The notes under the pieces are model-generated. The model did no database searches. It saw only the letters and a program-made list of their open reading frames with translations, and was not told the origin of the DNA. The translations under genes were made by a program, and so were the position numbers. A stretch of 62,790 bases of DNA from Raillietiella orientalis (taxonomy: Eukaryota), in contig JAYWIR010000114.1 of NCBI GenBank assembly GCA_036172245.1, positions 62,001 to 124,790 of the forward strand, in the 5' to 3' direction. Positions within the stretch are counted from its first letter, which is position 1. Each line of letters begins with the position of its first letter. Shown here piece after piece: positions 60,891-62,790 of this stretch.

Positions 60891-62741
60891 TTAATTTTTG
60901 GCCTTCCTCAGCTTCTTTTGGCGGGGAGACCTTTCTCTCCTTACCGCCGTCGAAGCTGGCTTCTCACTCCCGGCATCGCTCTCTGTGCCGGTGTGGTCTG
61001 TCGTATCATTGTCGTGTTCGCTGGAGCGCTCGAGCTTGGCGACTGTTATGCGCGGAAGGTTCTCCAGGGAGACCTTGGCGCAGTAGTTCGCCTTTACGAT
61101 GCAGAGCTTGTTCTCCAGCCTGCCGCGTTCTTCCGGGTCTATGAGGGCGTTGATTCCCTCCTGTGTTTCACCAATGCGTGACAGGAGCTTCGCCTGCTGC
61201 ACTTGGTTCACCTCCGTCTGTACCTCCTCCGCCAGCTTCACCACCTCCTCGGTGAGCTGCGCCGCCTCTTGCGAAGCCGGGGTAGCTTCGGTGATTTCCA
61301 TCACCTCAGCTTCCGGCACTCCCTTCTGCGCAACAACCTCCTGCTGTTGCTCCACTACCTCGCCAACCGCCTGCTCGCCAACCGCCTGCTCGCCAACCTG
61401 CTGCATCTCCTCGCCTACCTGCTTCTCGGCCTGTGCAGAGGAGGAGGATTCGGGCTCCCTCACGAGCATCCTCCTCTTGCCGCCCTTCCCCACCGTCGTA
61501 AAGCCGTCCTCAGAAACGGGAGCGGCCTCCTTCGCCTTCCTCTGCTTCAGTGCTCTCTGAGGCTTGATCACCTCTTCGAGCACTCGCGCCCTGACCGGTG
61601 ACTGGCCCCTCATCGTCCGGTAATTGGCAAACTCGGGGCAGCACCATTTTGCGTGCCCTGGGGCCTTGCAAAATGAGCATACCTCCGGCATGCTGCAATC
61701 CCGGACTTGGTGGCCTTGCTTCCCACAGCGGAAGCATTTCGATTTGGGACAGACACGCTGCCTGTGGCCAAATGATTTGCAACCGTTGCAGAAAACGGGT
61801 TGCGCCCTGTATCTCACAGAGACTCCCTGATCGTCACCCTCGAAATGGATGGTTCCAGGAATCTGGGCATCCTCCAACAGCTTCATCCTTACCGTCGCTT
61901 CTCCCGAAAAGATCTTCCCCGAAATGTTGTGGAAATTGCTGTCCAGTACCTCGCCGTACTGTGACAGGCGTTTCCACACCGCCTTCTGTGTAATAAACGG
62001 CCCTAGCCCGCTCAGAAAAACGGTGGTGTACGGCATTTCGCCAACTCCACACACCATTTTGCCCTGGATGTTGATTCCGGTTTCAATCAACGACTGCCGG
62101 AGTTCTTCACAATCTGTGTAGATCGTGAACCCGAATGGCCCGGGCACGATCGCCTGAAGCTTATCAAAGTCTACCTGTTGCTTGTACAGTGCCAGGTAGA
62201 CTTCCCGAATGTTATGCATTCGGATTAAACCGGTCCTGAACGTGACCGTCTTCACGTTTGGGCCCAACTTGACGATGGGCTCGTCAACGTCCCTAATGGG
62301 CCCGGAGTCGGGCTTCCCAAATTTTCTCTGCGGCTGGGTTGTTGCTGTCCCAGCCGCCACAGCTGCATAAGAAAACGTTGCCACCGCCGGCGGCCGCCCC
62401 ACGGTCGCAGCCGCCGCGCAAGATGGCGTCGCGTCATTAGCAACGGTTGGGCCTAGGAGCCCTGCCGTTGCTAGGGGCGCTTCCGCCGTCGCCGCCGCCT
62501 TCGCAGCCACCACCGTGGCCTGCCCTGCCTCCACCACCGGTGTGGCGCCAGAAACACACGATTGCCCTACCTCCATGGGCTGAGGCTTCTCCGTGGTTCC
62601 CATCCACCGCTGTTCTTGCATTTTGACGGGGTTCTGCTGCACCGCCGCCGGGGAGGGTCGCGACTCCTCCACCTTGGACTCCCTCTGGCTGCTGCTGCTG
62701 CTGCTGCAGTCGCTGTGGGACGTCCTGAGTGGCGCACTCAC
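60891..62741 (-). CDS. E8 ORF1 (RRM-like + 3 CCHC)
   Basis: 616-codon open frame, first ATG at 62621. CNGCKSFGHRQRVC, CFRCGKQGHQVRDC, CSFCKAPGHAKWCC; basic tail RQKKLRKAKN. Confidence 0.92.
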   Translation of the reverse strand: MSAPLRTSHSDCSSSSSSQRESKVEESRPSPAAVQQNPVKMQEQRWMGTTEKPQPMEVGQSCVSGATPVVEAGQATVVAAKAAATAEAPLATAGLLGPTVANDATPSCAAAATVGRPPAVATFSYAAVAAGTATTQPQRKFGKPDSGPIRDVDEPIVKLGPNVKTVTFRTGLIRMHNIREVYLALYKQQVDFDKLQAIVPGPFGFTIYTDCEELRQSLIETGINIQGKMVCGVGEMPYTTVFLSGLGPFITQKAVWKRLSQYGEVLDSNFHNISGKIFSGEATVRMKLLEDAQIPGTIHFEGDDQGVSVRYRAQPVFCNGCKSFGHRQRVCPKSKCFRCGKQGHQVRDCSMPEVCSFCKAPGHAKWCCPEFANYRTMRGQSPVRARVLEEVIKPQRALKQRKAKEAAPVSEDGFTTVGKGGKRRMLVREPESSSSAQAEKQVGEEMQQVGEQAVGEQAVGEVVEQQQEVVAQKGVPEAEVMEITEATPASQEAAQLTEEVVKLAEEVQTEVNQVQQAKLLSRIGETQEGINALIDPEERGRLENKLCIVKANYCAKVSLENLPRITVAKLERSSEHDNDTTDHTGTESDAGSEKPASTAVRRERSPRQKKLRKAKN

Positions 62742-62757
62742 TGTTTTTCACTATTCA

Positions 62758-62790
62758 CTTGCCCTCTCGGGGCACGCAAAAATTGCCTCG
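62758..62790 (-). ncRNA. 3' end of another U4-like module (cut by window edge); the array continues
   Basis: CGAGGC-AATTTTTG-CGTGCCCCGAGAGGGCAAG. Confidence 0.8.

Larger units (their letters stand above)
57089..62757 (-). mobile_element. Array unit E8: full-length family B element
   Basis: Intact ORF1 60891-62741. ORF2 60878 to ~57366, open for 621 aa, then indel patches at ~59010, ~58000 and ~57450 and a stop at 58359. Confidence 0.95.

Overview
Eukaryotic DNA, probably an invertebrate animal (inferred from the U4-like sequence). About 85% of it is L1/Tx1-type (APE endonuclease) non-LTR retrotransposon. (1) 1-8.3 kb: three stacked, 5'-truncated, decayed + strand copies of one family ('C'), then an inverted fragment of family A (8.4-10.5 kb). 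(2) 10.5-18.2 kb: an AT-rich, unique-looking core with several perfect palindromes and a possible terminal exon. (3) 18.2-62.8 kb: a strictly head-to-tail minus-strand array of ~5.7 kb units (E0-E8) from two related families (A, B). Each unit has ORF1 (RRM-like domain + 3 CCHC knuckles) and ORF2 (APE-RT-Zn finger). Main result: the units have no poly(A) tail or TSD. Instead, the junctions carry a ~145-nt U4 snRNA-like module (six complete, two partial). It retains the kink-turn 5' stem-loop with compensatory changes, U6-pairing stem I, the 3' stem-loop, the Sm site AAUUUUUG and the terminal hairpin. Its variants follow the family of the element upstream, so it appears to be the 3' end of the element RNA. 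This is a candidate undescribed class of U4-tailed, self-stacking LINEs. The U4 call comes from comparison with remembered U4 sequences, not from a database search. No copy has both ORFs intact as assembled.
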